DNA of 64,000 bases from Octopus vulgaris. Lineage: Eukaryota. The number at the start of each line of letters is the position of its first letter. The first letter of the stretch is position 1. Position numbers and translations under genes: made by a program. Location: assembly GCA_951406725.2 (NCBI GenBank), contig OX597822.1, positions 55,304,001 to 55,368,000 of the forward strand, written 5' to 3'. The notes under the pieces were generated by a model. It made no database searches and was not told where the DNA came from. It worked only from the letters and a program-made list of their open reading frames with translations. Shown here one piece after another: positions 40,835 to 53,896 of this stretch.

Positions 40835-41725
40835 AGCAAAAATGTTGGCGCTTATCGAAGGTGATTTGGTCTTGAAAGCGCAAACCTCTGTTATCTCCAA
40901 TAGGCCATTCCACGACAACCGCTACCGTATGCGATATATAATAGAAAAAGTTGGAAATAAAACTGGCTATGGTTGAGGTATGATCAATTTGGATGAGTCG
41001 AAAGCCTTCAATGGGGTAGACCATTGATAATAGGCAACCGTTCTGAAAGCTGTTGGTGTCGTGTTCGCTTTCAGAAGCTGGATCGCAGTAATGCACAGCA
41101 GCATCTGTTCAGTGATCAGAATGAACGGCCAGCTATCGGAACAGTTTCATATTTCACACTCAGTCGGCAGAGAATGTTCTCTTTCACTTCTTCTGTACAT
41201 GCTGGCTCTCAAGCTATTATTGCGGTAGCTAAAACTATTAAGAGGTCTCCATTTCGAGCTGGGATTCGAGAGATCTGTGTCGAACGATATCACCGTAAAA
41301 GTGATCGACACTACAAGAATATGAGACGGTTGTTGGAGGACTGGTAATTCCGAAAATGCCTGTAGGATTTCAGCTTGACACCCGGAGAAGTACCGGCAAC
41401 AATCTCGGGGAAACTCTGGGTCTCAATGAGGATAGCCTGACTGATCTGTTCTGAAAAACTTTCAAGTTGGGGTCTACTATAGATAAATTTCAGAAATCCT
41501 TGGCCTGGCTGTTCTACCGAGGAGTGCTACAGATAGGCTTTTCAAATATACACTCTGAGTGACAAAACTGTTTTTGCACGCACTATTTCAGTATCCGGGA
41601 ATTGATGACTTGTGAACTTATGACGGATAACTGCAATATAGACTGGAAAGGATCCAGCTATCGACCAAGTCCATCGTGAGAATTGCCAACTCACACGTCT
41701 TCCAATATGCAAGAAAAACAGTTTT
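40835..41725 (+). mobile_element. Tx1/L1-like LINE RT fragment
   Basis: INLDESKAFNGVDH at ~40985-41023 (LDxxKAFDRVDH motif); decayed. Confidence 0.6.
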
Positions 41726-41814
41726 CCTCTGATAACCATAATGAAAGAGGTAGTGTAGTGGAGGATGTTGAGCTTATCTTTCGTTATGGGGCACTCGACA
41801 ACTTTTTAAAGTTT

Positions 41815-41910
<96 letters not shown>

Positions 41911-43141
41911 CGTGTGTGTGTGGTGGAGGGGGAGGAGAAAAAGTGAGAGTGGAAAGAAAGGTACTGTCCTTTACTGAAATCTACTGTGAATTTACTGAAA
42001 TATGGGCGAGATTTCCAAAAACGGCAAGAGTTGACAGGATGGCATTAAGTATAACCCTGTAGGTTAGAGAATGATAGTTGTAGGTCCTCCTGTGTCACCA
42101 GGATTGCACAATAATGATGATGATGATGATGATGATCATCATCATCATCATTATCACCACCACCATCGTCATCATCATCGTCATCATTATCATCATCGTC
42201 TTCATCATCATTCATTACTTAAACTTCTTCATATATTTTCTTCAGCTGCTCAGCCAATGTGAATGGAGCTCCTTGCTTGCTCATATGCCATCAGTTAAAA
42301 TCCAATGTAAGTAATTCGTTATTGTTGCGTTTGCTTAACACCAAGCCAACTCTGATAGAGCAGACCAGTTATGAAAGACTTTCCGATCATAACCATCCCA
42401 TTTCTCATATAGATTTGGCTGTTATTTCAAGCACGCCGATCGACTATGTACTACTGACTCCATCGCTGACTCTGAGACGTTGTATTGTATTTGAGGATGG
42501 TATATTAATATCAAAATTTGGCCAGCAATTTCTGGGGAGGAGTAAGTCGATTCCATTCACTCCCGTGTTCTACTGGTATTAATTTTATCGACTTCGAAAA
42601 GATGAACGGCGAAGTCTACCTTTGCGGAATTTGAACTCAGAATAGAATGTAAAGACGGATGAAATGCCGCCAAGCATTTTGTCCCGCGTGCTAACGATTC
42701 TGCCAGCACGCTACCTCGTATGGTACGTTGATTACGCTACGTTCGGAACAGACCCTCTAGTTCCTTCCTCAACTATGTTTTCCTGAAGACATATACCAGG
42801 AGACTGAGCCATCCTGGTAACATTATAGGCACCCGGGCAAATCAATGTATTGGACACTAAGTCACAGTATACGTAGACCAAAAATGTGTCCCTAGAACCA
42901 TAAGGCACCTAGGCATCTGTTTAGTGTTCCCATGCCTGAAGATGGCACTACCTGGCGATGTTCAAGCCAGTGTACGAAACACACAGCCCTTTAGTCACTG
43001 TAACTTCTGCTGACTATATATAATAAAATACGTATGTGTGCGTGTTTGTATCACGTTTTTCCTTAGTCTTTTCTGCTGCTACTACTCTCTCACTTACTCT
43101 CTCTCTCTTCCACCTCTATATCTTCTTAATATCTCTCTCCC

Positions 43142-43183
<42 letters not shown>

Positions 43184-43249
43184 CCTCTATTTCTTCTCTA
43201 TATCTCTCTCTATCCGTCTTTACATAAATCCCAACTGTCTTTTGTAACA

Positions 43250-43328
43250 ACGTCTCTGATTGGTCAATAGAGCCTATACTACCGATCAAACGCTCGCATT
43301 ACAATATTGTCTGCTCTATCAAGATGGC
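43250..43328 (+). promoter_or_regulatory. Proximal promoter of EPT1/SELENOI
   Basis: Reverse CCAAT box (CTGATTGGTC) at ~43257 and YY1-like CAAGATGGC overlapping the ATG. CpGs are retained from ~43.2 to 45.4 kb. Confidence 0.55.
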
Positions 43329-43380
43329 TGATATAGTCGGTCTCACACCGTCTATTCTTGCCGGTTTTGACAAATACAAG
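43324..43380 (+). CDS. SELENOI: Ethanolaminephosphotransferase 1 (EPT1 / selenoprotein I homolog), coding exon 1
   Basis: ATG in good context (AAGATGG). Encodes MADIVGLTPSILAGFDKYK, then the donor AAG|GTATGT. It matches the human N-terminus as I recall it, MAGYEYVSPEQLAGFDKYK (same 19-aa length, identical LAGFDKYK). Confidence 0.85.
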
Positions 43381-44859
43381 GTATGTTTAATGTTGTTTCT
43401 TGTTCTGCCTATACATATTCACTCCTGCCAACTTAAACTCACTCAAGACTATTAAATGTAACCGTGTTGTATATAAAAATGCACTATTTACCCTCTCCTT
43501 TCGCTTTTCATTTACGATATTTTGTCTCTCGCACGACTTTCATTTTATATTTCACACCAAACACTGTCCAAGTGTCTACTATAGGTTGTAAATGAAATAT
43601 CTATGTAATACCTCGATTTAAACGAGGAGGAGGGAAACGGGCACAAACCGAATGCTCGGCTAATGACCAAGCATTTTTTTCTTCCTCGTGAATACAGGAA
43701 GCGTCGATACTTCCTAGGGCTAAATAGCGGTGGTGTAATTCACTTACGGGACTGTCACGTTATGTTGACAATATACAACCACTCTGTTGCTTTTATAATT
43801 TTGCCGCAAAAGGTTTGTGGGACGAGATACAAAAGTATAAGATTTGTTGTTTGGTCGTTTAGAAGGTTTCTTTTCTATTCAGGATGTATATTGTCGTCGT
43901 TGTTCTCTGGAAAATCCCTGACTGTCTACATGCGCCCCTTAAAGGAATCTTAATATACTATCTTAGAACGAAAACCAACTGTTGCCGACATAGCCTATTA
44001 TTTCTGTTTTAGCTAACCCTTGTCTACTGTCCAGTTTCGCTTCTTTGAGTACCGATTCACTTACATCGCTATACATGTATTGTTTTGAGGAAAAAAAAAA
44101 CGTGGCTATTTCTAGATCTCATCTCTCTATCCCTTTATAACACATATCTGACCGTCAGATGGGTGTCAGGCGTAGGAGAGCACCGAGCTAAATACTTTGT
44201 TTCTTGTAGTTTGATATCTATGTCCAGAATCGCTAACCATATTGTAATAAATGCACCATTTAGTTCTCTCGTTCAACCATGCAAGTTACAATAAAATAGA
44301 GGTAATTTCATAACCTAGTTGGACTCTTTTAGTCCCTTTTTACATGTCAAGGAAAGGAACATAACGAATGATTCCTTAACCTGGACGTTGAAACTGTTAC
44401 AGATAGAGAAATTTCCTTCCTATTTCACCATACCATCTCTCTAAGCTTGCTCCATCATAACTGAACCTAGGCTACACAAACAACAATAGAGAAAGAGACC
44501 TCACGGAGCGGTAAAGTATAATTGAAATGAATACTTCGAAAGGAAGAGAAAATGATTATGAATGGCAAGAGGAAATAAATAAGGCGGCGGATTGGTCGAA
44601 GTGTTGGAGGAGTGTCGACAAGAATTGCCTCACGATATCCATTGGCTGCGCTTGGAGTTTAAATCCCGGTTAGGTCACCTTGCCTTTCATCCTTCCAAAT
44701 TCAGTAAAGTACCTGTTAAGTATTGGGTGGTAGCAATTCTTTTCTCTTTCTGTCCATGATACGTTTGACTCGGAGAGGGGTTTACTTACAGTGTCTCTTT
44801 CTCATGAACTAGGGAAGATTGGGCGAAAGTTAACGATCTCAAAGGAAAACTGATACAAT

Positions 44860-44995
44860 GTGACTGTGTGGTAAGAAACTTGCTAGCCAACTGCATGGTT
44901 CCGGGTTCAGTCCCAGTGCGTGACAACCTGGTCAAGTGTCTTCTACTGTACCCTCGGGCTGGATTTCGTTGACGGAAAGTGAAAGAAGAGCGGTC

Positions 44996-45038
<43 letters not shown>

Positions 45039-45369
45039 GGATAGGAGCACTCCGTCAATTACGACGACGAGGGTCCCAGCTGATACGATCAATGAAAGTT
45101 TGCTCGTGAAATTAACGTGCAAGTGGCTGAGCATTCTACAGACACGTATACCCTTCACGTAGTTCTCGGGGAGATACAGTACGACACAGGGTGTGACAAG
45201 GCTGGCCCTTTTGAAATACTGCTATTACTCATTTTTGCTAGCTGAGTGGACTGGAGCAACGTGAAATTAAGTGTCTTGCTCAAGGACACAACGCGTCGCC
45301 GGTAATCGAACTCACGACCTATCAATCGTTAGCAGAATAGCCCTAACCACTAAGCCACGCGCCTTCACA

Positions 45370-45413
<44 letters not shown>

Positions 45414-45600
45414 TGTGTGTATCTTTGTGTCTATCTGTCTCTCCATCACCATCTGACAACCGGCTTTGGTGTGTTTACACGCTGATAGAATAAGCACTAG
45501 GCTTACAAAGAATAAGTCCTGGGGTTGATTTGTTCAACTGAAGGTGGGGCTCCAGCATGGCCACAGTCAAATGACTGAAACAAGTAAAAGAACATAAGAA
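44860..45600 (+). mobile_element. SINE family 1 interrupted by a minus-strand family 3-like SINE (~45040-45365)
   Basis: Family 1 head and tail flank a reverse-oriented GAAGGCGCGTGGCTTAGTGGTTAG-headed SINE inserted in the internal microsatellite. Confidence 0.8.
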
Positions 45601-45758
45601 TAATCCTTTGTGTTAATAAAATCTAGTCCCTAAATTTTTGTTGTTAAACTTAGGTAAGAGTCAGCAGTTAATTGCAATTTTCATATCTGAGAACCTGTTT
45701 TTCATAGGAGTTTCATATTTATCTACAGCTTTAGGTTAGAATAAGGGCTATAAACAGA

Positions 45759-46148
45759 TATACTCTTTTACTTGTTTCAGTCATTTGACTGTGGCCATGC
45801 TGGAGCACCGCTTTTAGTTGAGCAAATCGACCCCAGGACTTATTCTTTGTAAGCCTAGTACTTATTCTATCAGTCTCTTTTGCTGAACCGCTAAGTTACG
45901 GGGACGTAAACACATCAGCATTGGTTGTCAAGCGATGTTGGGACAAACACAGACATACAAACATATACACACACATACATATATACGATGGGCTTCTTTC
46001 AGCTTCCGTCTACCAAATCCACTCACAAGGCTTTGGTCAGCCTGAGGCTATAGTAGAAGACACTTGCCCAAGGTGCCACACAGTGGGACTGAACCTGGAA
46101 CCATGTGGTTGGTAAGCAAGCTACTTACTACACAGCCATTCCTACGCC
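45759..46148 (-). mobile_element. SINE family 1 (CpG-decayed)
   Basis: Colinear with 2289-2680 but with many CG>TG/CA changes. Confidence 0.88.
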
Positions 46149-46240
46149 TATATATAAATAAACACTTAAATATTCAACTTGTAATTTTGTGTCAAAATCC
46201 TTTTTGTCCTTAATATCCACAAACATATGGCAGCAATGAC

Positions 46241-46527
46241 AAATGATGGCGACCTTTGGCAATATGCTGTGCTTGTGAAGAAGACCCATCAAACCAAGTG
46301 AAATCGTAGATGTGGCACATACTGGTGTCATGCAACTGGCACCCATGCCGGTGGCATGAAAAAGCACCCATTACTCTCTTGGAGTGGTTGGCGTTAGGAA
46401 GAGCATCCAGCTGTAGAAACCATTCCAAATCAGACTGGAGTCTGTTGCAGCCCCTCAGCTTACCAGCCCTGGTCAAACTGTCCAACCCATGCCAGCATGG
46501 ACAATGGATGTTAAACAATGATGATGA
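46241..46527 (+). mobile_element. 3' end of an RTE-like LINE with (GAT)n tail
   Basis: GGTTGGCGTTAGGAAGAGCATCCAGCTGTAGAAAC...GGATGTTAAACAATGATGATGAT; related piece at ~49480-49670. Confidence 0.6.
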
Positions 46528-47779
46528 TATACACTCCTAACCTAATTATCAAGGAGAATCAATGTGTTTGTATGACAAGGCTGGTCTGTTGAATTATAAG
46601 GGACAGTCAAACCAGCAGGCTTCCAAACATTTTCTGTCTCGCCTACTCATAAGGCTTGGGTTCAACCTGAAGCTATGTTATTCATCTTGGGCAAGTAGAA
46701 TCAAATTTGGGATGTCCTGATTGAGAATTCTTAACCAGGTGAGCTCAGTGAGCTCACCTGTTGTTAGAAAACTAAAGATATATATATATAAGGCAGCTAA
46801 TGTTTCCCAATTGATTATTCATTTAAGTGCATTGATCATAGCAGTGATGCATTGCTTAACTTCGCTGATTGGATAAGAACCAGTGTTTTCAAGCTAATAT
46901 ACTTGTAAATTAGTCTACAATGGGAGTGTATATATCAATAACATGTTCTGTCTTTGCTGTTATTGATGCCTATTTTATTGACCTTAATTCAAGTTGAACC
47001 AAGAACAATAAAACATGACACCGGGTGTTGTAACTTATCTAAATTTGTTGTTGTTACAATCTTAAACTAATCTTGAAACTGATAAAATATTTTTTGTACA
47101 AACATGAAGCATTCATTTGCTAATGCTTCATCTATATTAGGTCTTACCATTAACTTACTAATTACTTTTAACTTTTATAATGTCAGTGACCTGATATATA
47201 TTTCAAGTTTCTTGTGACCAAGTTGTTGGTGACTAATCCAGCAACTCCACCAACTCTGCTTTGGGGAATTCAGTAATCTTTAAAACCTGTCAAAGATTGA
47301 ATGAACTTGGAAGTCAGTGGTCATTTGCTAACATGTGTCTATGCATGTACATTGATATTTACTTGCATATATACATGGGAAAAGGGTAGTCTTAGTTGAA
47401 ACTTGTGATATTTGATGTCTCTGACCATTTCTCCATTTGTTTTTCCTTTTTGTTAGCTTCAGATCTTTAGCAACATTTTTACATATAAAATTTTGTGTGG
47501 GTGCTTTTTATACCTCTCTTTTTTTTTTTGCTTCTTTCTTGCTCGAGTGTCTGATCTGAAGCAAAAGCCACTACATTATATTTGCTTTGAATATATATTA
47601 GTTTGGATATTCCACCTATTATTAAGTTCCCAGCTCTTCATAATTATCTTCAGTTATAGTAATCTTTTTGAAAACAAGATGCAGTGAGTCCATGTTTTCC
47701 TAAAAGGGAAACATCTTAGACCCTTCTAACTACTGTCCTATCACATTCACTTCCTACATTTCAAAGGGGATTGTGACAG

Positions 47780-48830
47780 CCATTAAGAATAACTCCCTTC
47801 ATTACATTGAATCTCATTTCCTTTTTAATGACCACCAGTATATCTTTTGTAACATTAAATGTTCCAGTGTCCTACTCTTATATGTTACATGTAGAGATCC
47901 ACACTTAATAAATTTAGTGAAAGTAGTATTGTTACCTTCAGCAGTATTAAAACTTTTAAACCTGGCTAGCATGCAAATCTGCTAGCAAAACTGTTCTACC
48001 TCTTGTGTTGCTGACTCTCTGTCATTTCAACTATTATGGCATATGTTGAGCTCTCTGTGGCCTGTATTCTGTCAACTTTGATGTGACCTCAGGGTTCAGT
48101 TTTGTCCTTCACACAATTTCTCCTGTATGTTAGCAATCTACTTTCTGTCACTTCTAACAATGCACACTTCTACACTGATGATAGCACCTTTCATTCCTCC
48201 CTAACCTAATTTTAAGCATTATCAACACTCCCCATACCAAACCTGTACTGGCTTCATAAACAGAGAATTCATAAATCTCCTTCGACAATACAAATATAAA
48301 AATCACTACACACATTGATAAAACTTTATTCCCCACCACCCCAAATTCAAGCAGCATGCAACTAGAAACCTCAAATTTGCTATGAATGCTAGACCTCACC
48401 ATCAGTGAGGATCTCTTCTGGTGAACACACAGCCTTGACATAACAAACACTGTATTACAAAACTTCAACACCAGAAAATATTTCAGATCCTTAACAGCTA
48501 TTAATCGTCTACAAAGCTCAACTTTTGAAATGGAGCACTATTCTTGTAACTAGGTCTGCAGATGCTACACACACTCCTGGATTTGACATGCTACCTTTGC
48601 TAATATTACTATAGTCTCTGATTTTGAGAGCTGGACAACTGGTCTCACTTATGCATTCCAAATCTGCTACCTCCACTTATGCACCCCCAATTTGCTTCTC
48701 TCCCTTTCATTATCTAAACCATTTAAAAGCCTCACTCTCCATTAAGGGCTCTCTAACTACCTCCCCAGAACTCCTTCCCTGCACATACTTTATTTGCAGT
48801 CATCTATTTGCAAACATTTAAGAGGAATAT
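47780..48830 (+). mobile_element. Old CR1/Jockey-group LINE RT remnant
   Basis: PQGSVLS at ~48088 and HFYTDDSTF (YADD motif) at ~48164-48190. Confidence 0.65.
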
Positions 48831-50083
48831 TACCAACATGAGTGTCTGGTCTTAGGGGGCCAGTGAAAGATATGCGTACAGACCCTTCTACTAGACCGGG
48901 CTGATACAAATCTTTTTTATTTGATGAAAATCAAGTCAATGTAGTCACTTATTTTGTTAGAAACAGTAGCTGAATGTTCCTCAAACCACATGCTACTGAA
49001 ATAAAGGACATATTGGTTAATGTAATCTGGGGTACACTATACATAGATAAAAACTGATAGTCTAGCTACAATTGATCAGAGATCTACCAAATCAGGGCTA
49101 AATAGGGCTAAATAATCAATATCTTCTTTTTCAGCATACAGCTACCATTTCCTTTTTTGGAAAAATCATTCTAGCAAACAGAAAAGTGGGATATTTGAAT
49201 ATCTATTTTGAAATTGGCACTTGACCACAAATTATAGAGGAGAATATAATCAAATATATCTCATTTTATGTACGTCTTGCAAGGGAAAGTTTACTGGTGA
49301 AGGCTTCTTCTCTTTGCAGCTCCAACTAATTGTTGTCTCTCTCTTGTCTAAATCTGAGTAGCCCTCTCCTCTACAACAAGAAACCTGCTCTGCTCTCTTC
49401 TCTTAAACTTTAACCTCTCATCTCTTTGTATAAGGACCTGCCTTGTGGTTTATAGTCTCATAAGCTGCACAGCAACCCCACGGGTGCTGATGGGGAAAAA
49501 AAAAGCACCACAGTATCCACTATATAGTGGTTGACATTAGAAAGGGCATCTGACCATAGAAATGATACCAAAGAAGATACTGGAGTACAATGCAGTCCTT
49601 GCACTTGCCAGGTCCTACCAAACCATCCAGCCTATACCTGCAGGGAACCTGGATGTTAAATTATGATGATGAATGTAAAGGGATGCGACTAAACACTAAA
49701 ACTAATTTTCCCTGGTAGTTTACAGATTCTATTTTTTGTCACTTTATTGGATTGCAATAACCATCAGATTTAATATTCGCATTTTAATTTTTCTGTTTAT
49801 CTCTTCTGAAGTATCCTCCAGTTTTTTTGGGTTTTTTTTTTGTTGACATTCTTTGATAGTTGTAACATAATTACATCTCCTTTGTACAGGCAGTGATGGT
49901 TGCAATTAATTGATTCATAAACAACAGTTGTGGCTGTGTGATAAGAAGTTTGCTTCCCAACCACATGATTCCTAGTTCAGTACCATTGCATGACATGTTG
50001 GGCAAGTGCCTTCTACTATAGCCTCGGGCTGACCAAAGCCTTGTGAGTAGATTTGATAGATGGAAACTAAAGAGAGAAGTTCG

Positions 50084-50121
<38 letters not shown>

Positions 50122-50123
<2 letters not shown>

Positions 50124-50342
50124 GGGTGGATGCTCTGAAAGTGTAGCTGCTAGAGTAAGGATAGCCTGGGCAAAATTCAGAGAGCTCCTACTTCTGCTGA
50201 TGACAAAGGGCCTCTTGCTTAGAGTAAAAGGTGTACTGTATGACACGTGTGTGAACAGCTATGCTATGTACCAGTGAAACATGGGCCGTGATTGCTGAGA
50301 ACATGTGTAAGCTTGCAAGGAATGAAGCCAGTATGCTCCGCT
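50122..50342 (+). mobile_element. RTE-like LINE fragment
   Basis: GGGCSESVAARVRIAWAKFRELL...RVKGVLYDTCV...SETWAV...RNEASMLR. Confidence 0.75.
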
Positions 50343-50513
50343 GTCAAACTGACCTTCTCCAATTATGACAGTAAAGAAAAATGTTAGACATTAATGGTGG
50401 TGGTTATAAGTTTCTGCTGCTAAATTTATCTATTGAAATTAAGGAGTGAAGGTTGATCCTATAACATTGATAGACTATTATGAAAACTATATTTCTAAGT
50501 TGTGTCTTTTCAT

Positions 50514-50716
50514 GCCTTATAATTTAACACACTCACCAGTAAAATTTCCACTTATTTCTTATCTTTATTTTCCTAAAATTTTTGTTGCGTCTTGCAACCT
50601 TTTCAATAGTCTCGACTCAAGACTACTGAGAAGAATGCAAGACACAATGCAAAGTTTAGGAAAATAAAAATAAGAAATAAATGGAAATTTTACTGGTGTG
50701 TTAAATTATAAGGCAC
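50514..50716. mobile_element. Inverted pair of Penelope-like termini with decayed hammerhead-like cores
   Basis: GCCTTATAATTTAACAC...CCAGTAAAATTTCCA vs TGGAAATTTTACTGGTGTGTTAAATTATAAGGC; GTTGC/GCAAC stem II-like hairpin. Confidence 0.55.
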
Positions 50717-51436
50717 AAAAAGAAAATGACTCTCCCCAGACACAACAGAATATGCTTCAACACATGAACTCACATAAAGAATCTTGCAAACTAAATCCAA
50801 AAACGAAATATATTTCTAAGTATGTTTGTGAAAATGTTTTGGAAATATTAGCTATCAGGAGTGTACCTAAATTTTGCATGACAATTAAAGGGTCAGATTC
50901 TTTCTCTATGAAAGACATAACATGACTGTTACATACATTTTTCTTTCTTGTCAACTAATATTTTAAAATGTTTGAGCCTACAAACAAGGTTGTATGTATG
51001 TGCTTCCATATGGATTTATCTGGTTCTTGGAAAGAGTAGGTTTTTTTCGGAAATCATATTTAAAATAGATGTAGTGTTTCTTTGACACTATCACGATATT
51101 TATAGTGAGTATTTAAGTTATTTTGATGTCCATTCCACCTCTCCCCACCAAGCCAGAATTAGGTCAAGTGAAAGTAGTTTATTTTAGTTTTCTGGAGATG
51201 AATTATGTTTGAGTAATTGTAAATGTTACAAGGTGGTCACTGAAGCAAGCTTGTTGGAGTTAATTAAGGTGGCGCTCCAGCATGCCTGCAGTCAAAATGA
51301 AACAAATTAATGATTGTTAGATTTCTAGAGAATCCATATTATAAATACCTGATAATTGACTGAGTTTATAGAATAATTGCTTCATGAAAAAAGTGTTGAC
51401 ATATTGTATGTTAGACTGAACAAAAGGTTTATGTAC

Positions 51437-51650
51437 GAGGAGGTGATGAAAAGTTCCTGTCTTTGGGTATAAGAAAGAACAGGAGGATCAGTTAATTATG
51501 TTTTTATTCAACATATTTCCCTCTCAGATTCACACACTTGTTACAGTGGTCCTTCAGTTTTCCTAAACCCTCTAAAAGAACTTAGAATGTTGGATGCCAA
51601 CTTGACCTTTCATAATACCCTAAAAGCCAGGAGCTTTTTAGCACTCGCTC
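51437..51650. mobile_element. Mariner-type MITE (decayed)
   Basis: TA|CGAGGAGGTGATGAAAAGTTCCTG ... CAGGAGCTTTTTAGCACTCGCTCA|TA. Confidence 0.6.
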
Positions 51651-51737
51651 ATATTATTTAATAAATAGGTAACATTAGTTCATACAGTGCAATGTAAGCA
51701 GTGGAGATGCTGTGTTTTGTTAACTTGTTTGGTTTAA

Positions 51738-51957
51738 CCCTTTAGTGTTTAAACCGGCCATATCTGGCTAAAATATTTTACCTATTTTATGTTCAAACTA
51801 GTCAGATATAGTCATTCATAGCTATTTTATTGTGTCATTTTAAAAATAAAGAATCACATCATTGAAATCTCAAAGCCATGAAATGATACAAGATTAATTT
51901 TACATGGTGTGAATACATAAGCTTTACATTTTACAGAATAATCTGAATGCTAAAGGG
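51738..51957 (+). mobile_element. piggyBac-type MITE
   Basis: TTAA|CCCTTTAG ... CTAAAGGG|TTAA. Confidence 0.88.
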
Positions 51958-53663
51958 TTAAACCACATGCTTCCCGAACTTCGTGGAGAAAGATAGGAAC
52001 CATCAAGCCAATTTTTCTATAGATACTCTTTATTTAATTGAATACTGTTACTAAATGAGTTATGGGACTTATTTTCACCATATTGTAAACATTAGAAAAT
52101 TACTATTTTTTAAAATCTCACGACGAGAGATATTCAGCAACAGTACTTTGGAGTAAATATTTTTGCCAACATAACATGGCAGTCCTGGTTTAGGACGAAT
52201 GTTGCTGTAATTTAGCCCCAGGAGACATTTGCTATTGTAGTTTTTCTCAGTGGTTGATGAAATAACTACTTATTGGTTGCTTATGAAACCCCCATCGTGT
52301 CTATTGTTTAAAATATTCACCAACTTGTATCCAACACATACTGATTCTCTATCTGCTTCATTTACAGTATTTTCAGTGAGAAAACTGCAGTGATTGACTG
52401 TTCTATTATTTAAATCTAAAGTTAACTGTTAATTCAGCTCTATAAATACAGTGCCCTTGCTGCTAATGGTAGTTAGCTATAATTGTCCTACTTTCAGATA
52501 GACAAGTCCATTGAGAGTCAAGTGCTGTGCTTATTTATGAACATTGTACCAGTGATGGGAGAGAAATCGTCACTCCACTCAACACCTAATATCCTAATAA
52601 TCTATAATGTTACACCTTTTTGTTAGAATCAAATAAATATGAATAGCAAACATTTTAACACCATTTGATCTGCTTAAGCAGGGGTTAGCTAAGTGACAGG
52701 GACAGTGATGCCTTGCCATTTCACCTCGAGTTCTGGTCAATAAATCTATGATAATTCCATCTGTTACTGTCCTGTTTTTTTTTTTTTTTTGTATATCTAG
52801 AACAGTGTTATCCAATGTATTCTACTTATATAAATGATAGTGTATTTTTTTTTAGGGAGCTTTAGCTGCTATTTTCAGCAAGTTGAACAGCTAAATTGAG
52901 GTTCTCTTAGGTTTGTCGCAGATATTGTTGTATGAGTACCTCCTTTTAACATGGAGGTAATTGAGTAAATGTTTGGTTATGACTCATGGTATCAATTAGT
53001 CTAGTTGTTCATCACCTGTTCCAATATGCTGCATATATTTCCTCTTATTGATCTGGAAGTTGATCTTGGTAGTATTAGCACCTAAAATAGCTATCTAGCT
53101 GGCTGTTCATCAGTTGTACAGGGTGGACCTTCATACTGCTATCAAGTCTAGTGTGGTCATTCTGCTTGAAACTTTAACTCCTGGCGGACTAAATAAATAC
53201 TTTCTCTTAATTTGGTACAAAAATGTTTTTGCCAAAAGACAATATAACACCTTTTAGAGTTCATCTAATATTCTGGTATTACCAATTTTCATTGGTTGAA
53301 TTTTAACTCTATAGTTTTGGGTTAATGGACTAATCGCTCCTGACACTGCTGCTCCCATTTTTCTATGATGTTTCCAGCCTTGTTTCTCTACCCTTCTCTC
53401 TCTATTGCTTTTGTCTGTTTTCCATGTTTCACTTCTATTTTATTTTCATCTCTTTTTCATCCTGTCATTCCTGTCTTTTCTCTGCTATCTCTCTCTCCTC
53501 TTCTCTTTCTTTCTACTTATTTCCCTTCTCACATTCTCTGAGCCTATCCCTCTCTCTCTCTTTCATCCTCTTCTTTTTCCCTCCTTGTCAATGCCTCTTG
53601 TCACCACTGAATTATCCCCCTGTCTTCTCTCTCTCATTTTCCCTTTGCTCTCAACCATATATT

Positions 53664-53896
53664 TATTTCTTTACTACTCACAAGGGGCTAAACACAGAGG
53701 GGACAAACAAGGACAGACAAATAGATTGAGTCGATTATATTGACCCCAGTGCGTAACTGGTACTTAATTTATCGACCCCAAAAGGATGAAAGGCAAAGTC
53801 GAACTCGGTGGAATTTGAACTCAGAACGTAACGGCAGACAAAATACGGCTATGCATTTCGCCCGGCGTGCTAACGTTTTTGCCAGCTTGCCGCCTC
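53664..53896 (-). mobile_element. SINE family 4 monomer
   Basis: Full head and B tail; TSD TCAACCATATATT. Confidence 0.88.

Noticed and set aside
42071-42262. Asp/His-rich ORF resembling a metal-binding peptide
   Set aside because: It is a (GAT)n/(CAT)n microsatellite.
52495-52540. CAG followed by TSPLRV, resembling EPT1 exon 2 (DTxPLS)
   Set aside because: There is an in-frame TAG just before and a TGA soon after, and no HPFW motif.
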